Shown here piece after piece: positions 40,895 through 52,203 of a stretch of DNA of 64,000 nt. A program made the translations under genes and the position numbers. The DNA lies in the NCBI GenBank assembly GCA_034521595.1, contig JAXHMG010000003.1:576001-640000 (forward strand). Reading direction: 5' to 3'. The notes beneath the pieces were generated by a model. That model had not been told where the DNA came from, did not search any database, and saw only the letters and a program-made list of their open reading frames with translations. Origin of the DNA: Gemmatimonadota bacterium (GTDB taxonomy: Bacteria; Gemmatimonadota; Gemmatimonadetes; Longimicrobiales; Gaopeijiaceae). Positions within the stretch are counted from its first letter, which is position 1, and every line of letters begins with the position of its first letter.

Positions 40895-40901
40895 GCGCGC
40901 A

Positions 40902-41549
40902 TCAGCCCGCCCGAGCGCGTGCGCGTGCCCGCTCGGCTTGGATGCGGGATAGGATGACCCGCCACGCGTCGGTGCGCTCCAGCCCGTAGTGTAGGGTCAG
41001 ATCCGACTCCAGGTCGAGTGGCCGGTCGAACACGTACACGGCCGTCTCCGTTCCCCGTTGTGCCACGCGCCCGGAGCCCCAACCGGGAGTGACCGGCGTG
41101 ACCGAGCTGGGGCGCACCCTTACGCCCCCTGATACGAACTGCACTTCTTGGGGCACGAAGCGGACATCGGGTTGGTCGGAGAAAAAGGAGACCAGGAAGA
41201 TTGCGGTATCGTCCGCCCTCGTCCTGTGAGGCTCGGCGAGCGCGGAGAGCCGTCGGTACGTGTCGGGAGCCGTGGTGACGAGAACGGATTCCGCGAGTGG
41301 CGTTACGAGAATCCGAAGGGTCCCGCTCGTGAGCGTGAGTGACACCTCGCGCTGGGACAGTGTCCCGAAGCCCGGTGGAGGCAGCCCCTGCTCGGCCGAG
41401 GCGTTCCCGGCACCCGGCGGGCCGGCGGACGCCAGGCTGCAGCCACCGACGGCTCCCGTCGCTGCGAGCGCGGGCGCGAGGAGGGCTCCCGTGAGAAGCC
41501 ATCGTCGTGGAGGTCCGAGCGTGTTTCGAGTCACCCTTTTTCCGCTCAT
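40902..41549 (-). CDS. Hypothetical exported (lipo)protein
   Basis: RRWLL...AVGGC signal/lipobox-like; start overlaps the engB stop. Confidence 0.6.
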   Translation of the reverse strand: MSGKRVTRNTLGPPRRWLLTGALLAPALAATGAVGGCSLASAGPPGAGNASAEQGLPPPGFGTLSQREVSLTLTSGTLRILVTPLAESVLVTTAPDTYRRLSALAEPHRTRADDTAIFLVSFFSDQPDVRFVPQEVQFVSGGVRVRPSSVTPVTPGWGSGRVAQRGTETAVYVFDRPLDLESDLTLHYGLERTDAWRVILSRIQAERARARARAG

Positions 41550-42175
41550 GACCCGCTTCCGTGCCGCTGTTCGGACTCTGTCGCCGGCTCGTGAATCAAC
41601 GCCTCCAGGGCGGCGAGAAGCTCCTGCCGCCCTTCTCCGGTCTTGGACGAATAGGCCAGGAGTTGCGCCTCGTCCACCCCGAGCTCCTCCATCGCGCGTC
41701 GCCAGGTGGCCGCCCTCCGGCTCCGCGAGAGCTTATCGATCTTGTTCAGCACGATCAGCGTGGGAAGCTCCAATTCCGCGAGATAGGCCACCATCCGGTG
41801 ATCGTGCTTGGTCGGGCTGTGTCGGGCGTCCACGAGGTGCACCACGCCGCGGATCTCCTGCGTGGCCGCGAGATAGCCTTCGATGAGGCGCGCCCACCCG
41901 TCCCGCACCGACTCGGGCACCTGGGCGAACCCATAACCGGGCAGGTCCACCAGGAGGAAGCGGTCGTTGACGCGGTAGAAATTCAGGGCCTGAGTCTTTC
42001 CGGGAGTCCCCGACACTCGGGCGATCTTGGCGCGTGTTCGGTTGAGAAGGCTGTTGATGAGGGACGACTTGCCCACGTTCGATCGGCCTGAAAAGGCTAT
42101 CTGCGGAAGGGCATCCGGGGCCGGGTCGCCCGGGCGGACGACGGTGCCGGCATAGGTCGCGGTTCGGATCTTCAC
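41546..42175 (-). CDS. engB: Ribosome biogenesis GTPase YihA/YsxC
   Basis: GRSNVGKSS, PGKTQ, DLPGYG, NKID. Confidence 0.95.
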   Translation of the reverse strand: MKIRTATYAGTVVRPGDPAPDALPQIAFSGRSNVGKSSLINSLLNRTRAKIARVSGTPGKTQALNFYRVNDRFLLVDLPGYGFAQVPESVRDGWARLIEGYLAATQEIRGVVHLVDARHSPTKHDHRMVAYLAELELPTLIVLNKIDKLSRSRRAATWRRAMEELGVDEAQLLAYSSKTGEGRQELLAALEALIHEPATESEQRHGSGS

Positions 42176-44580
42176 GGGTGTGGCACCGAAGCGTCGACGG
42201 AATTCGCGGTGCCGAGCTGCTGCACCGGGGGAGCGGTCCCCGGAGTGAGCACCGCGTCCAGGACCTCGTCCATCGTGCGCACCACTTCGAAGCGAACGTT
42301 GTCGGTGACTTCGGTCGGAAGGAGTTCCAGATCGCTCACGTTCGCGGCGGGGAGCACCACGGTTCGCACGCCGTTGCGGAGTGCCGCCACTGCCTTTTCC
42401 TTCACACCACCCACGCCCAGCACCCTTCCCCGTAGGGTGATCTCTCCCGTCAGCGCCACGTCGGACCGGGTCGGACGCTCCGTGAGCGCCGAGATCAGCG
42501 CCGCGGCGATCGTGATGCCGGCAGAAGGGCCGTCCTTCGGGGTGGCCCCCTCCGGAAGGTGGATGTGCATGTCGATGCGTTCATGGAAGTCCACGTCCAG
42601 GCCCAACATGATCGAGCGGGAGCGTGCGTAGGTGACCGCGGCCTGCGCCGACTCCTTCATCACGTCGCCCAGGGTCCCCGTCAGGCGGAGGTGTCCGGCG
42701 CCCGGGACCACGGCGACCTCCACGTCGAGAATCTCGCCTCCGGTGGCGGTCCACGCGAGGCCGTTCGCGATCCCGACCCGGTCCCCGTCCCGATCGCGGT
42801 CCGGTGGGTGGTACGGTGGGGGCCCCAGCAACTCCCTGAGGTCCTCTCGCCGGACAGCAGGCCGTGTGGGGGCGTCGTCGTCGGCGTGAGCCCGCGCCAG
42901 CTTGCGCGCGATGCGCGAAAATCGACGTTCGAGCTCGCGTACGCCCGCCTCGCGGGTGTAGCGCTCGATGATCTCGCTCACCGCTTCGGGAGCGAGGACC
43001 ACGCCGGAGGGATCCAGACCATGCCCTTCGAGCTGACGTGGCCAGAGATACCGCGTCGCGATTTGACGCTTTTCCGTCAGGAGGTAGCCCGGAAGCCGTA
43101 TGATCTCCATCCGGTCGCGCAGGGGCTCGGGAATGTCCTGGAGCGTGTTGGCCGTGGCGATGAAGAGCACGTCCGAAAGATCGAACTCCACCTCGAGGTA
43201 GTGGTCCGTGAAGGTACGGTTCTGCTCGGGATCGAGCACCTCGAGCAGCGCGGCGCCCGGGTCTCCATGGAAGTCGCGCGCGAGCTTGTCCACCTCGTCG
43301 AGGAGGAAGACCGGGTTGCGCGTGCCGCCCCGCCGAATGCCTTGGACGACGCGGCCGGGAAGGGCTCCCACGTACGTTCTCCGGTGGCCGCGAATCTCCG
43401 CCTCGTCTCGTATGCCACCCAAGCTCACGCGCACGAACTCGCGTCCCAGCGCATTCGCGATGCTTCTGCCCAGGGACGTCTTGCCCACGCCGGGCGGTCC
43501 CACGAGGCACAGGATCGGGCCGCGCATCTCCCGTACCAGGGAAAGGACGGCGACGTGATCCAGAATACGGTCCTTCACTTCGCCCAGCCCGAAGTGCTCG
43601 GCCTCGAGCACGTCCGCTGCGTGTGAGACATCCAGATTGTCCACCGAGCGGCTGGACCATGGGAGGGTGACCAACCAATCGAGATGGTTTCGGATGACCG
43701 CTGCTTCCGGTGCGACCGGATTGAGCTTGCGAAGCCGGGTCAGCTCCTTTTCGGCGCGGTCCCGTACCGTGGACGGGAGCTCGGACTTTCGAATTTGCTC
43801 TTCGAGCTCCCCCCATTCCTCGGGCTCGTCCTTGTTCGGGGGCGCGGCGCGGTCGGAGAGGTCCATGAAGTCGTCTCCCCCGAGCCTCATCTGGAGCCGG
43901 CGGTCGAGCTTGTGCTCGATCCGGAGCATCTCGAGCTCGCGGGATAGCAGCTCCCGCAGAAGCTCCAGGGTGCCGGCGAGTTCCTGGCTCTCGAGGAGCT
44001 CCTGCTTTTCGAGGGACGGGACGATGACGTGGCCGGCGACGAGGTGGGCGAAGCGAACCCGGTCCCCCTCGCTGGTGAGGGTTTCGGAAAGCTCGTCGGG
44101 TACGCGTTCGTGGATGCGGGCGTACTCGCGATACAGGTGCCGGACCGAGCCGGCCAGGCGCTCGACTTCGGGGTCGTTCTCGTGCTCCCCTGTTTCGACT
44201 TCCCGCGCCAGCGGCATGACGGTCGCACGCAAGGCTTCGGACGTCGCGGTCAAACGTTCCACGCGTGCCCTGCCGAGCCCTTCCAGCACGACGCGAGAGG
44301 TGCCGTCGGGTAGCTTCGACATCTGAACGACGCGCGCGACGGTGCCCACACGGAAGAGGTCGGAGGCGTCGGGATCGTCCACCGACGGATCCTTCTGGGC
44401 GACGAGGAGCACCAGGTCGTCGAACTGTTGGCGAGCCTCCTCGAGCGCGGCGAGCGACCGCTGGCGGCCGACCAGGATGGGGAGGACGACGTACGGAAAG
44501 AAAACGAGGTCTCGGAGCGCGACCACGGGCAGCCGCTCGGGGAGCCCGACCGGCTGGTCGACCCGGATCAGCTCGGCCAT
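42172..44580 (-). CDS. lon: Lon protease
   Basis: LON N-domain, GPPGVGKT, GHRRTYVGA, PKDGPSAG, KEK. Confidence 0.96.
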   Translation of the reverse strand: MAELIRVDQPVGLPERLPVVALRDLVFFPYVVLPILVGRQRSLAALEEARQQFDDLVLLVAQKDPSVDDPDASDLFRVGTVARVVQMSKLPDGTSRVVLEGLGRARVERLTATSEALRATVMPLAREVETGEHENDPEVERLAGSVRHLYREYARIHERVPDELSETLTSEGDRVRFAHLVAGHVIVPSLEKQELLESQELAGTLELLRELLSRELEMLRIEHKLDRRLQMRLGGDDFMDLSDRAAPPNKDEPEEWGELEEQIRKSELPSTVRDRAEKELTRLRKLNPVAPEAAVIRNHLDWLVTLPWSSRSVDNLDVSHAADVLEAEHFGLGEVKDRILDHVAVLSLVREMRGPILCLVGPPGVGKTSLGRSIANALGREFVRVSLGGIRDEAEIRGHRRTYVGALPGRVVQGIRRGGTRNPVFLLDEVDKLARDFHGDPGAALLEVLDPEQNRTFTDHYLEVEFDLSDVLFIATANTLQDIPEPLRDRMEIIRLPGYLLTEKRQIATRYLWPRQLEGHGLDPSGVVLAPEAVSEIIERYTREAGVRELERRFSRIARKLARAHADDDAPTRPAVRREDLRELLGPPPYHPPDRDRDGDRVGIANGLAWTATGGEILDVEVAVVPGAGHLRLTGTLGDVMKESAQAAVTYARSRSIMLGLDVDFHERIDMHIHLPEGATPKDGPSAGITIAAALISALTERPTRSDVALTGEITLRGRVLGVGGVKEKAVAALRNGVRTVVLPAANVSDLELLPTEVTDNVRFEVVRTMDEVLDAVLTPGTAPPVQQLGTANSVDASVPHP

Positions 44581-44596
44581 GCCTCGCCGCCTCGTC

Positions 44597-45829
44597 TCAC
44601 GCCTCCTTCTTCCGCTCCTCCGGATCGAGCACCAACAGCGGTGGCACTCCTTGCTCGACGGCTTCCTGTGTGATGACCACTTCCCGCACGTCCGAACGGG
44701 ACGGGATCTCGTACATCACGTCCCGCATGATCCTCTCGATGATCGAGCGTAGACCGCGCGCTCCCGTGCCCCGGTTGAGCGTCAGGCGCGCGATGGCTCG
44801 AATCGCGGCGGGGTCGAAGGTCAGGCCGATATCCTCGAGCTCGAACATCTTCTGGTATTGCTTGACCAGGGCGTTCTTGGGCTCTTGGAGGATCCGCGTC
44901 AGCGCCTCCTCGTCCAGGTCCTCGAGGTGGACCGTTACGGGAAGCCTCCCCACCAACTCGGGGATCAGTCCGTAGCGCTGCAGATCTTCGGGCTCCACGG
45001 CTTCGAGGAGGGCGGCTTCGTCATCGGCCGTCCGCTCTTCTCCGAATCCGATTCTGCGGTGCCCGACCCGTCCCTCGACGATCTTCTCCAACCCGTCGAA
45101 CGCTCCTCCGCAGATGAAGAGGATGTTCCGGGTGTTGATCTGGATGTACTCCTGCTGCGGGTGCTTACGCCCCCCCTGGGGCGGGACGCTCGCAACGGTA
45201 CCCTCGAGGATCTTGAGGAGCGCTTGCTGGACGCCTTCACCGGAGACATCGCGCGTGATGGACGGGTTCTCCGACTTCCGCGCGACCTTGTCCATCTCGT
45301 CGATGTAGACGATGCCGCGCTCGCAGTCGGCGACGTTGAAATCCGAAGCCTGGAGAAGCCGCACGAGGATGTTCTCGACGTCCTCGCCGACATAACCCGC
45401 CTCCGTGAGCGTCGTGGCATCGGCGATCGTGAAGGGGACGTTCAACGTCCGAGCCAACGTTTGCGCGAGGAGGGTCTTTCCCACACCCGTCGACCCGATG
45501 AAGAGGATGTTGGCTTTGTCGATCTCCACCTCGTCGAGCAAGCCCTGATGATTGACCCGCTTATAGTGGTTGTAGACCGATACCGCGAGCGCGCGCTTGG
45601 CCGCTTCCTGGCCGATCACGTATCCGTCGAGGACGGACTTGATCTCTTCCGGGGTAGGACTCGGAACCACCTGCTCCTGGGCTTCCCGTTCCTCTTCCTC
45701 TGCCAGGATCTCGTTGCAGAGCGAGATGCACTCGTTGCAGATATAGACGTTCGGCCCGGAGATGAACTTCTTGACGCTCTCCTTGGATTTGCCGCAGAAG
45801 CTGCATCGAAGGTGTTTGTCAGTCGTCAT
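44597..45829 (-). CDS. clpX: ClpX ATPase
   Basis: CSFC..CNEC Zn finger, [11 protein letters not shown] and IGF loops. Confidence 0.97.
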   Translation of the reverse strand: MTTDKHLRCSFCGKSKESVKKFISGPNVYICNECISLCNEILAEEEEREAQEQVVPSPTPEEIKSVLDGYVIGQEAAKRALAVSVYNHYKRVNHQGLLDEVEIDKANILFIGSTGVGKTLLAQTLARTLNVPFTIADATTLTEAGYVGEDVENILVRLLQASDFNVADCERGIVYIDEMDKVARKSENPSITRDVSGEGVQQALLKILEGTVASVPPQGGRKHPQQEYIQINTRNILFICGGAFDGLEKIVEGRVGHRRIGFGEERTADDEAALLEAVEPEDLQRYGLIPELVGRLPVTVHLEDLDEEALTRILQEPKNALVKQYQKMFELEDIGLTFDPAAIRAIARLTLNRGTGARGLRSIIERIMRDVMYEIPSRSDVREVVITQEAVEQGVPPLLVLDPEERKKEA

Positions 45830-45891
45830 GTCTCTTCTCGCTCCATCACGGGAAGGCGCAGGCCGTCATCGCTCGAGCTCCGGCGACCGTC

Positions 45892-46539
45892 CTAGTCGAT
45901 TCGATCCGCATCGCCGGTGTGATCCGAATCTGCCGGGCGATGGTCGGTTTGCTGAACCGGCCCTTCGAGGACCCTGTCGATGAGTCCGTAATCGCGGGCT
46001 TCCTCCGGCCCCATGAAACGGTCTCGGTCGATGTCTTCCATGATCTGTTCGGGCGTTTGGCCCGTGTGGCGTGCCAGTATGTTGTTGAGGTTCTCGCGGA
46101 CGTAGAGCACTTCCTGCGCCGCGATCTCGATGTCCGCCGCCGTTCCGCGCGAACCCCCGGACGGTTGGTGCAACATGATGCGGGAGTTCGGCAGCGCGTT
46201 CCTCTTGCCCTTCTCGCCGGCGGTCAACAGCACCGCTCCCATCGAGGCCGCCATGCCGACGCAGAACGTCGATACGGGCGCTCGCAGGTGCTGCATCGTG
46301 TCGTAGACCGCCATTCCGGCGTACACACTCCCCCCGGGGGAGTTGATGTACATGAAGATGTCGCGCTCCGGATCGTCAGCATCGAGAAAGAGGAGCTGCG
46401 CCACGATGATGTTCGCGACATTCTCGTCGATCGTGCTTCCGAGGAAGACGATCCGGTCCATGAGGAGCCGGCTGAAGATATCGTAGCTGCGCTCGCCACG
46501 GCTGGTTCGCTCGATGACGTACGGCGGGAAAATCGGCAT
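45892..46539 (-). CDS. clpP: ClpP protease
   Basis: [27 protein letters not shown]. Confidence 0.97.
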   Translation of the reverse strand: MPIFPPYVIERTSRGERSYDIFSRLLMDRIVFLGSTIDENVANIIVAQLLFLDADDPERDIFMYINSPGGSVYAGMAVYDTMQHLRAPVSTFCVGMAASMGAVLLTAGEKGKRNALPNSRIMLHQPSGGSRGTAADIEIAAQEVLYVRENLNNILARHTGQTPEQIMEDIDRDRFMGPEEARDYGLIDRVLEGPVQQTDHRPADSDHTGDADRID

Positions 46540-46570
46540 GGTACCTCGTGTGAGAGGGGTCGGCAGTCCT

Positions 46571-47851
46571 TCAGGACTCCGACTCCTCGATGATCTCGGA
46601 TTGGGCCTTGAGGAAGTCGAATACTTTCCGCTCCGTCAACTCCCGTTCGAGCGCTTCCAGTCGTCCTGACTTCTGTAACTGCGCGTAGACCTTGGCCGGT
46701 TCCGTGTCATTGGCGGTCGCGATCTCCTCGACGCGGGCGTCCAGCTCGTCGTCGCTCGCTTTGAGGCCTTGGGTCTCGGCGATCCGTTCGATGACCATGA
46801 TACGCTTGACCACACGCTCCGCTTCGGGCCGTAACCGCTCCCGGACTTCGGCGAGCTTCTCTTCGCCCAGCTCCTCTTGGTGCTCGCCGATCATGGAATC
46901 CGAATAACGGTCGATCATCGACGTCGGGATCTCCACGGGATTGGCCTCGAGCAGAGCGTCGAGCAGGCGGCCTCGCACCACGGAGTCGGCTTGCTGCTCG
47001 GCGTCGCGCTCGAGGTCTTCGCGCACCTTGGCTCGGAGCTCGTCGAGGGTTTCGAACTCCCCTACCTGGCGTGCCAGATCGTCGTCGAGCTCGGGAACTT
47101 CCATTTCCTTCCGAGAGGTGAGCGTGATGCGCACGCGTTCCGATTGTCCACGGCGAGCATCGTCCGGGAAATCCTCCGGGAAGGCGACGTCGAAGTCACC
47201 GGCGGCGCCGGGCTCGAGCGTGCGGATGGCGTTCTCGATATCCGGGATCGCGTCACCCTGGCCGAGGCGGATCTCGTAGTCCCGTCCTTCGGCGGTCTCT
47301 TCTCCCTCCTCCGTGAGTCGGACGATGTGCACGGAGACCGTGTCCTTGTCGTTGGGCAGCCCTTCCTCGGCCGGCTTCCACACACCCGCCTCTTCCCGGA
47401 TGCGGTCCAGGACTTCGTCCACCTGCTCGTCCGTCACGGTGGGGACCGGACGCTCGACGACGAAGCCCCCCAGCGTCTCCAGGTCGACGACCGGTTCCAC
47501 GTCGAAGGTGACGGAGAAGTGGAGGTCGGATTCGGGCTCGTAGCGGACGTTCTCGATCTCCCCCTCGCTGATGGGCCGCAACTCACGGGCGGCGAGCGCC
47601 TCCCGGTAGGCGTCACCGACGAGCTTGTCGAGAGCTTCCTGTCGGAGCGCTCCCTTGAAGCGCCCCTCGATCATCCGTGCCGGCACCCTGCCTTTCCTGA
47701 ACCCCTTGAGGTTCGCGCGTGAAGCGAGGTTCCGGGCCGCCTTTTGTTCTTCCTCACGGACGAAGTCGGCCGGTACCGTCACATTGAGGCGTCGTTTCCA
47801 TCCGGCTTCTTCGTCGACGGTGATCTCGAGGCGCGAAGCGTCCAGGGTCAT
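46571..47851 (-). CDS. tig: Trigger factor
   Basis: GFRKGRVP ribosome-binding motif; FKBP-like FPEDF; upstream of clpP. Confidence 0.95.
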   Translation of the reverse strand: MTLDASRLEITVDEEAGWKRRLNVTVPADFVREEEQKAARNLASRANLKGFRKGRVPARMIEGRFKGALRQEALDKLVGDAYREALAARELRPISEGEIENVRYEPESDLHFSVTFDVEPVVDLETLGGFVVERPVPTVTDEQVDEVLDRIREEAGVWKPAEEGLPNDKDTVSVHIVRLTEEGEETAEGRDYEIRLGQGDAIPDIENAIRTLEPGAAGDFDVAFPEDFPDDARRGQSERVRITLTSRKEMEVPELDDDLARQVGEFETLDELRAKVREDLERDAEQQADSVVRGRLLDALLEANPVEIPTSMIDRYSDSMIGEHQEELGEEKLAEVRERLRPEAERVVKRIMVIERIAETQGLKASDDELDARVEEIATANDTEPAKVYAQLQKSGRLEALERELTERKVFDFLKAQSEIIEESES

Positions 47852-47889
47852 GTGCTGCTCTGCGAGGTTCGGGTGCAAGGGGGGCCGAG

Positions 47890-47972
47890 TGCGAAAGGGG
47901 GGAGTCGAACCCCCACGGCACGAGGCCACGGGATCCTAAATCCCGCGCGTCTACCAATTCCGCCACTTTCGC
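47890..47972 (-). tRNA. tRNA-Leu(TAG), CCA not encoded
   Basis: GCGAAAG acceptor stem; TGGCGGAATTGGTAGACGC D-arm; CGGGA-TTTAGGA-TCCCG anticodon arm; long variable arm; GGTTCGACTCC T-arm. Confidence 0.95.
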
Positions 47973-48160
47973 GCCGTCCATGAAGAAAGATAAACCCGGG
48001 GCGAAGACCGGTTCAATCTCACCACGTGGCGCGAATGCCGGAACCGGTCGTGGGCTTGGACGCATACCGCGGCCGGGCAACCGCCGGAAGGCGGGTCACG
48101 GAAGGTCCGCGACCCGCCTCCTCGCCACCCCGGGCTGTTCGCGCACGTTCGGAATCGCGG

Positions 48161-49741
48161 TTACGGCATGCGCACGTTGACCACGCGCCGCGATCCTTCG
48201 GGATCCTCGAACTGGAGGGACACGATCTTCCCCGACTCCGCCTGGTCGAGCGCCGCTCGAAGCTCTTCGGGGCTTTCGATCGTCGTGTTGCCGACACGGA
48301 TCAGCTTGTTGCCACGGTACGTTCCGACGCCGCGCCTGGCGGCGGGGCTGCCGCGGGCCACTTCGGTGAGCACCACGCCGCTGCCGACCTCGAATCCGGT
48401 GGCCTGTGCGATCTCGCCGTCGATCGGCTCAACCTGGATTCCGAGTCGTGTGTCCGAAGCATCGACACGCTCGCTCTGAGCGGACGGTTGGGTCACGATG
48501 GGGGCCTCGTCGAGCCGAACCGTCACGTCCGTCGGCTCTCCGTCCCGGTACACAGTAACCTCCACCCGGTCGCCGGGCCGACGTTCCGCGATCTTGGCCT
48601 GGAGCTCCGCCACGTATCCGACGGGCTCCCCGTCGAGCGCCACAATGACGTCCTCGGGTTGGAGCGCCCCGGCCGACGGACCCTCCGGGTCGACCGTCTG
48701 GACGAGAACGCCGGAAATCGACGGTAGATCGTAGACCGCCGCGTCTTCGGCGGCGACGTCCTGAATGGACACGCCGATCCGGGGCCGCTGAACGTGCCCG
48801 TACTCGATGAGGTCTTCCATGACTCGGCGTGCCAGGTTGACCGGGATGGCGAAGCCGTATCCCTGGTAGACACCCGTCGTCGAGGCGATCGCCGAGTTGA
48901 TGCCCACGACCTGGCCGTCGAGGTTGACCATCGGACCGCCGGAGTTTCCGGGGTTGATCACCGCGTCCGTCTGGATGAAGTCCTCGATCGCCCAGCGGGA
49001 CTGTTCGGGCCCGAAGTCCGGATTCTGGAAGAGGTCTCTTTGGAGTAGCTGGAGGCCTCGTCCGCGTGCGCTCACGATCCCGGCGGTCACGGTGAAGTCG
49101 AGCTGCTGGGATGAGCCGAAGCCGGGGTTCCCGATCGCCAGCACCCACTCCCCGACACGGAGCCCGTCCGAATCACCGAACGACATGGGAGAGAGGGGTT
49201 CACCCGCGTCGATCTTGATCACTGCGATGTCGGTGAACGGGTCCCGGCCGACCACCTCGGCGTCGAAATACCGCCGATCGGAAAGGTAGACACGGATGGC
49301 GTCGGCACCCGCGACCACGTGGTTGTTGGTGAGGATGTATCCGTCCTCCGAGACGATGAACCCGCTCCCTCCGGCGATGCGCCCTTGCGGCGGCCTGGAC
49401 TCCTCGTCCTGCTGTTCCTCCCGCTGTTCCTCGGGAAGGTCGAAGAATCGGCGGAATGCATCGGGCACCTCTTGATTCCGCCCTCCGCTCGACTCGACGG
49501 TCCGCCGGGTCTCGATGCGAACCACCGAGGGTGTAACGGCATCCGCGAGATTCGTGAACGCGTCGCTCAGGTCTCTCGCCGGGCGCACCTGTTCGGAAGA
49601 CACCTGCGGCGCCTCGGTGATGCCGGGCATGGCGTGGGACGAGCTCGTCCACCCGAGGCCGCCTGCGAGCCCGATTCCGAAGAGGAATGCGGTCGCGGTC
49701 AGCAGGATCATCTTCGTCTTCGCTCTGAGTGGATCGTACAT
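48161..49741 (-). CDS. degP: HtrA/DegP serine protease with 2 PDZ domains
   Basis: GSGFI, TNNHV, DIAVIK, INPGNSGGP. Confidence 0.93.
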   Translation of the reverse strand: MYDPLRAKTKMILLTATAFLFGIGLAGGLGWTSSSHAMPGITEAPQVSSEQVRPARDLSDAFTNLADAVTPSVVRIETRRTVESSGGRNQEVPDAFRRFFDLPEEQREEQQDEESRPPQGRIAGGSGFIVSEDGYILTNNHVVAGADAIRVYLSDRRYFDAEVVGRDPFTDIAVIKIDAGEPLSPMSFGDSDGLRVGEWVLAIGNPGFGSSQQLDFTVTAGIVSARGRGLQLLQRDLFQNPDFGPEQSRWAIEDFIQTDAVINPGNSGGPMVNLDGQVVGINSAIASTTGVYQGYGFAIPVNLARRVMEDLIEYGHVQRPRIGVSIQDVAAEDAAVYDLPSISGVLVQTVDPEGPSAGALQPEDVIVALDGEPVGYVAELQAKIAERRPGDRVEVTVYRDGEPTDVTVRLDEAPIVTQPSAQSERVDASDTRLGIQVEPIDGEIAQATGFEVGSGVVLTEVARGSPAARRGVGTYRGNKLIRVGNTTIESPEELRAALDQAESGKIVSLQFEDPEGSRRVVNVRMP

Positions 49742-49804
49742 CTAAGCTTCTCCTCCGGGTCGATGACCGCTCGCGGCGCGTCTCGGGGTGATGGAGCTTC
49801 GGTA

Positions 49805-49863
49805 CACACAAAAGACGGAAGCGATCCGGCCGGTCGGGCAAGGCCCGGGCCGGCCGGATCGCT
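49805..49863 (-). terminator. Intrinsic terminator after dnaK
   Basis: 14-bp perfect inverted repeat at 49820-49833/49850-49863, followed on the minus strand by TCCGTCTTTTGT. Confidence 0.65.
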
Positions 49864-49935
49864 CCCGTCGAGATCTGGGATGCCGATGAACGGGGGAAGG
49901 GTTGCTCGCGCATCCCTCCCCCGAGCTTCACCGGG

Positions 49936-51867
49936 TCACTTCTCTTCGTCCACGATCTCGTAGTCGGCCTCGACGACATCCTCGTCGTCTTCCTGCGCGC
50001 TCCCGGCCTCCGGCTCGGCCTGCGCGGCACCTTCGGCGGTTCCGGTGGCCTCGCCTTCTTCGGCCTGGGCCTGGTACATCTCCTGGCCCGCGGCGCTGAA
50101 CGCCTGCATGAGCTCGTCTCGCGCGGAGTTCATGGCTTCGAGATCGTCGCCCTTGAGCGCTTCCTTGGCCTGCGTGAGCGCGGTGTCGACCCGCTCCTTC
50201 GTACCGGCGTCGACGTTTTCGCCCCACTCTTCGGTGTCCCGCTCGACCTGGTAGACGAGCGAGTCGAGTTGGTTGCGCGCCTCGACCTTGGCCTGGCGTT
50301 CCTCGTCTTCGGACGCGTGCGCTTCGGCGTCCTTCACCATCTGGTCGATCTCGTCCTCGGACAGGCCTCCGGTGGCTTCGATCCGGATCTTCTGCTCCTT
50401 CTCGGTCGCTCGATCCTTGGCGGAGACGTGAAGGATGCCGTTCGCGTCGATGTCGAACGTGACCTCGATCTGGGGCATGCCCCTGCGTGCCGGTGGGATT
50501 CCCGTGAGCTGGAACTTCCCGATCGTCTTGTTGTCCACGGCCATCTTTCGCTCGCCCTGGAGGACGTGGATCTCGACGGTCGTCTGGTTGTCCTCGGCCG
50601 TGGAGAAGACTTCCGTCTTCTTGGTCGGAATCGTCGTGTTCCGCTCGATGAGCGGCGTCATCACTCCGCCCAGCGTCTCGATGCCGAGCGAGAGCGGCGT
50701 CACGTCGAGGAGCAGGACGTCGGAGACGTCGCCGGCGAGCACGCCACCCTGAATCGCGGCGCCGATCGCGACGACCTCGTCCGGGTTCACACCCTTGTGG
50801 GGCTCCTTTCCGAAGAAGTTCTGCACGACTTCCTGGATCTTCGGAATCCGCGTCGAGCCACCCACGAGGATCACTTCGTCGACGTCGTCGGTCTTGATGC
50901 CCGCGTCTTCGAGTGCTTTCTCCATGGGCGGAATCGTGCGCTCGATCAGGTCGTCGACCAACTGCTCGAACTTCGCCCGGCTGAGCGTATAATTGAGGTG
51001 CTTGGGCCCCTCTTGCGTCGCGGTGATGAACGGCAGGTTGATGTCCGTGGTCATCGTCGTGGACAGCTCCATCTTGGCCTTCTCAGCCGCTTCTTTGAGC
51101 CGCTGAAGGGCCATGGAGTCCTGTGCCAGGTCGATCCCCTGGTCCTTCTTGAACTCGTCGACGAGCCAGTTGATGACCCGCTGATCGAAGTCGTCACCAC
51201 CGAGGTGCGTGTCTCCGTTGGTCGACTTGACTTCGAAGACCCCGTCGCCGAGCTCCAGGATGGAGATGTCGTACGTGCCTCCACCGAGGTCGAAGACCGC
51301 GATCTTCTCGTCGTTCTTCTTGTCCAACCCGTAGGCGAGCGCGGCGGCCGTGGGCTCGTTGATGATCCGCAGGACTTCGAGCCCCGCGATCTTCCCCGCG
51401 TCCTTCGTCGCCTGCCGTTGCGAGTCGTTGAAGTAGGCGGGAACGGTGATGACCGCTTCCGTGACCTTCGATCCGACGTAGTCCTCGGCGGTTTGTCGCA
51501 TCTTCTGGAGGACCATCGCGCTGATCTCGGGCGGCGTGAACGTCTTGTCGGCGTTCTTGGCGGTCACCTGCACGCGGCCCGACTCGTCGTGTCCGACTTC
51601 GTAGGGAACCAGCTTCTCCTCTTCCTTCACCTCACTGTGCTTGCGCCCCATGAAGCGCTTGATGGAGAAGATGGTGTTTTCCGGATTCGTGATCGCCTGC
51701 CGGCGGGCGACCTGCCCGACGAGACGCTCCCCGTCCTTTGTAAAGGCGACCACGGATGGTGTGGTGCGCCCCCCTTCGGCGTTGGGGATCACGACGGGCT
51801 CTCCGCCCTCCATGACCGAGACCACCGAGTTCGTGGTTCCGAGGTCGATTCCGATGACTTTGCCCAT
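49936..51867 (-). CDS. dnaK: Chaperone DnaK
   Basis: [27 protein letters not shown]. Confidence 0.98.
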   Translation of the reverse strand: MGKVIGIDLGTTNSVVSVMEGGEPVVIPNAEGGRTTPSVVAFTKDGERLVGQVARRQAITNPENTIFSIKRFMGRKHSEVKEEEKLVPYEVGHDESGRVQVTAKNADKTFTPPEISAMVLQKMRQTAEDYVGSKVTEAVITVPAYFNDSQRQATKDAGKIAGLEVLRIINEPTAAALAYGLDKKNDEKIAVFDLGGGTYDISILELGDGVFEVKSTNGDTHLGGDDFDQRVINWLVDEFKKDQGIDLAQDSMALQRLKEAAEKAKMELSTTMTTDINLPFITATQEGPKHLNYTLSRAKFEQLVDDLIERTIPPMEKALEDAGIKTDDVDEVILVGGSTRIPKIQEVVQNFFGKEPHKGVNPDEVVAIGAAIQGGVLAGDVSDVLLLDVTPLSLGIETLGGVMTPLIERNTTIPTKKTEVFSTAEDNQTTVEIHVLQGERKMAVDNKTIGKFQLTGIPPARRGMPQIEVTFDIDANGILHVSAKDRATEKEQKIRIEATGGLSEDEIDQMVKDAEAHASEDEERQAKVEARNQLDSLVYQVERDTEEWGENVDAGTKERVDTALTQAKEALKGDDLEAMNSARDELMQAFSAAGQEMYQAQAEEGEATGTAEGAAQAEPEAGSAQEDDEDVVEADYEIVDEEK

Positions 51868-52003
51868 GTCCTCCTCTCACGTTTGTTGGGGCCCGAAAGG
51901 GTCCTCGCGGGCACCCTCGAGCGACGATCGTTCATGTTCGTGCCGGGCCGGTGCTCACCGACCCTCGTCCGGACGGGGCATAGCCCGTCATCATGTCTCC
52001 GAG

Positions 52004-52019
52004 TGCAAGCCACGTGCCG
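52004..52019 (-). promoter_or_regulatory. Candidate sigma54 promoter of dnaK
   Basis: Minus strand CGGCAC-GTGGC-TTGCA, exact spacing, about 137 nt upstream of the ATG. Confidence 0.6.
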
Positions 52020-52203
52020 ACCAAGGGTAGCCCGATTTCCGCCGGATTGACGCGCTCCCGGGCGCGAACGCGCCAATATGGCAGTGGCGGTGCCCGGGGG
52101 CGGGCTTCGGTCGTAGGATCAGGGGCCGTCGAGCGCTCGGCCGCCGTCGGCGGGCCCCCGTTAGCTTGGTGAGCGTTTTCCACCACCTCGGACTGCGTTT
52201 CTC

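Noticed and set aside
47890-47972. tRNA-Leu as an integration site
   Set aside because: No duplicated 3' end or integrase seen; the tRNA-Leu-tig arrangement is ordinary
51980-52010. CIRCE element upstream of dnaK
   Set aside because: Only a GAGTGC half-site is present; no TTAGCACTC arm at 9-nt spacing
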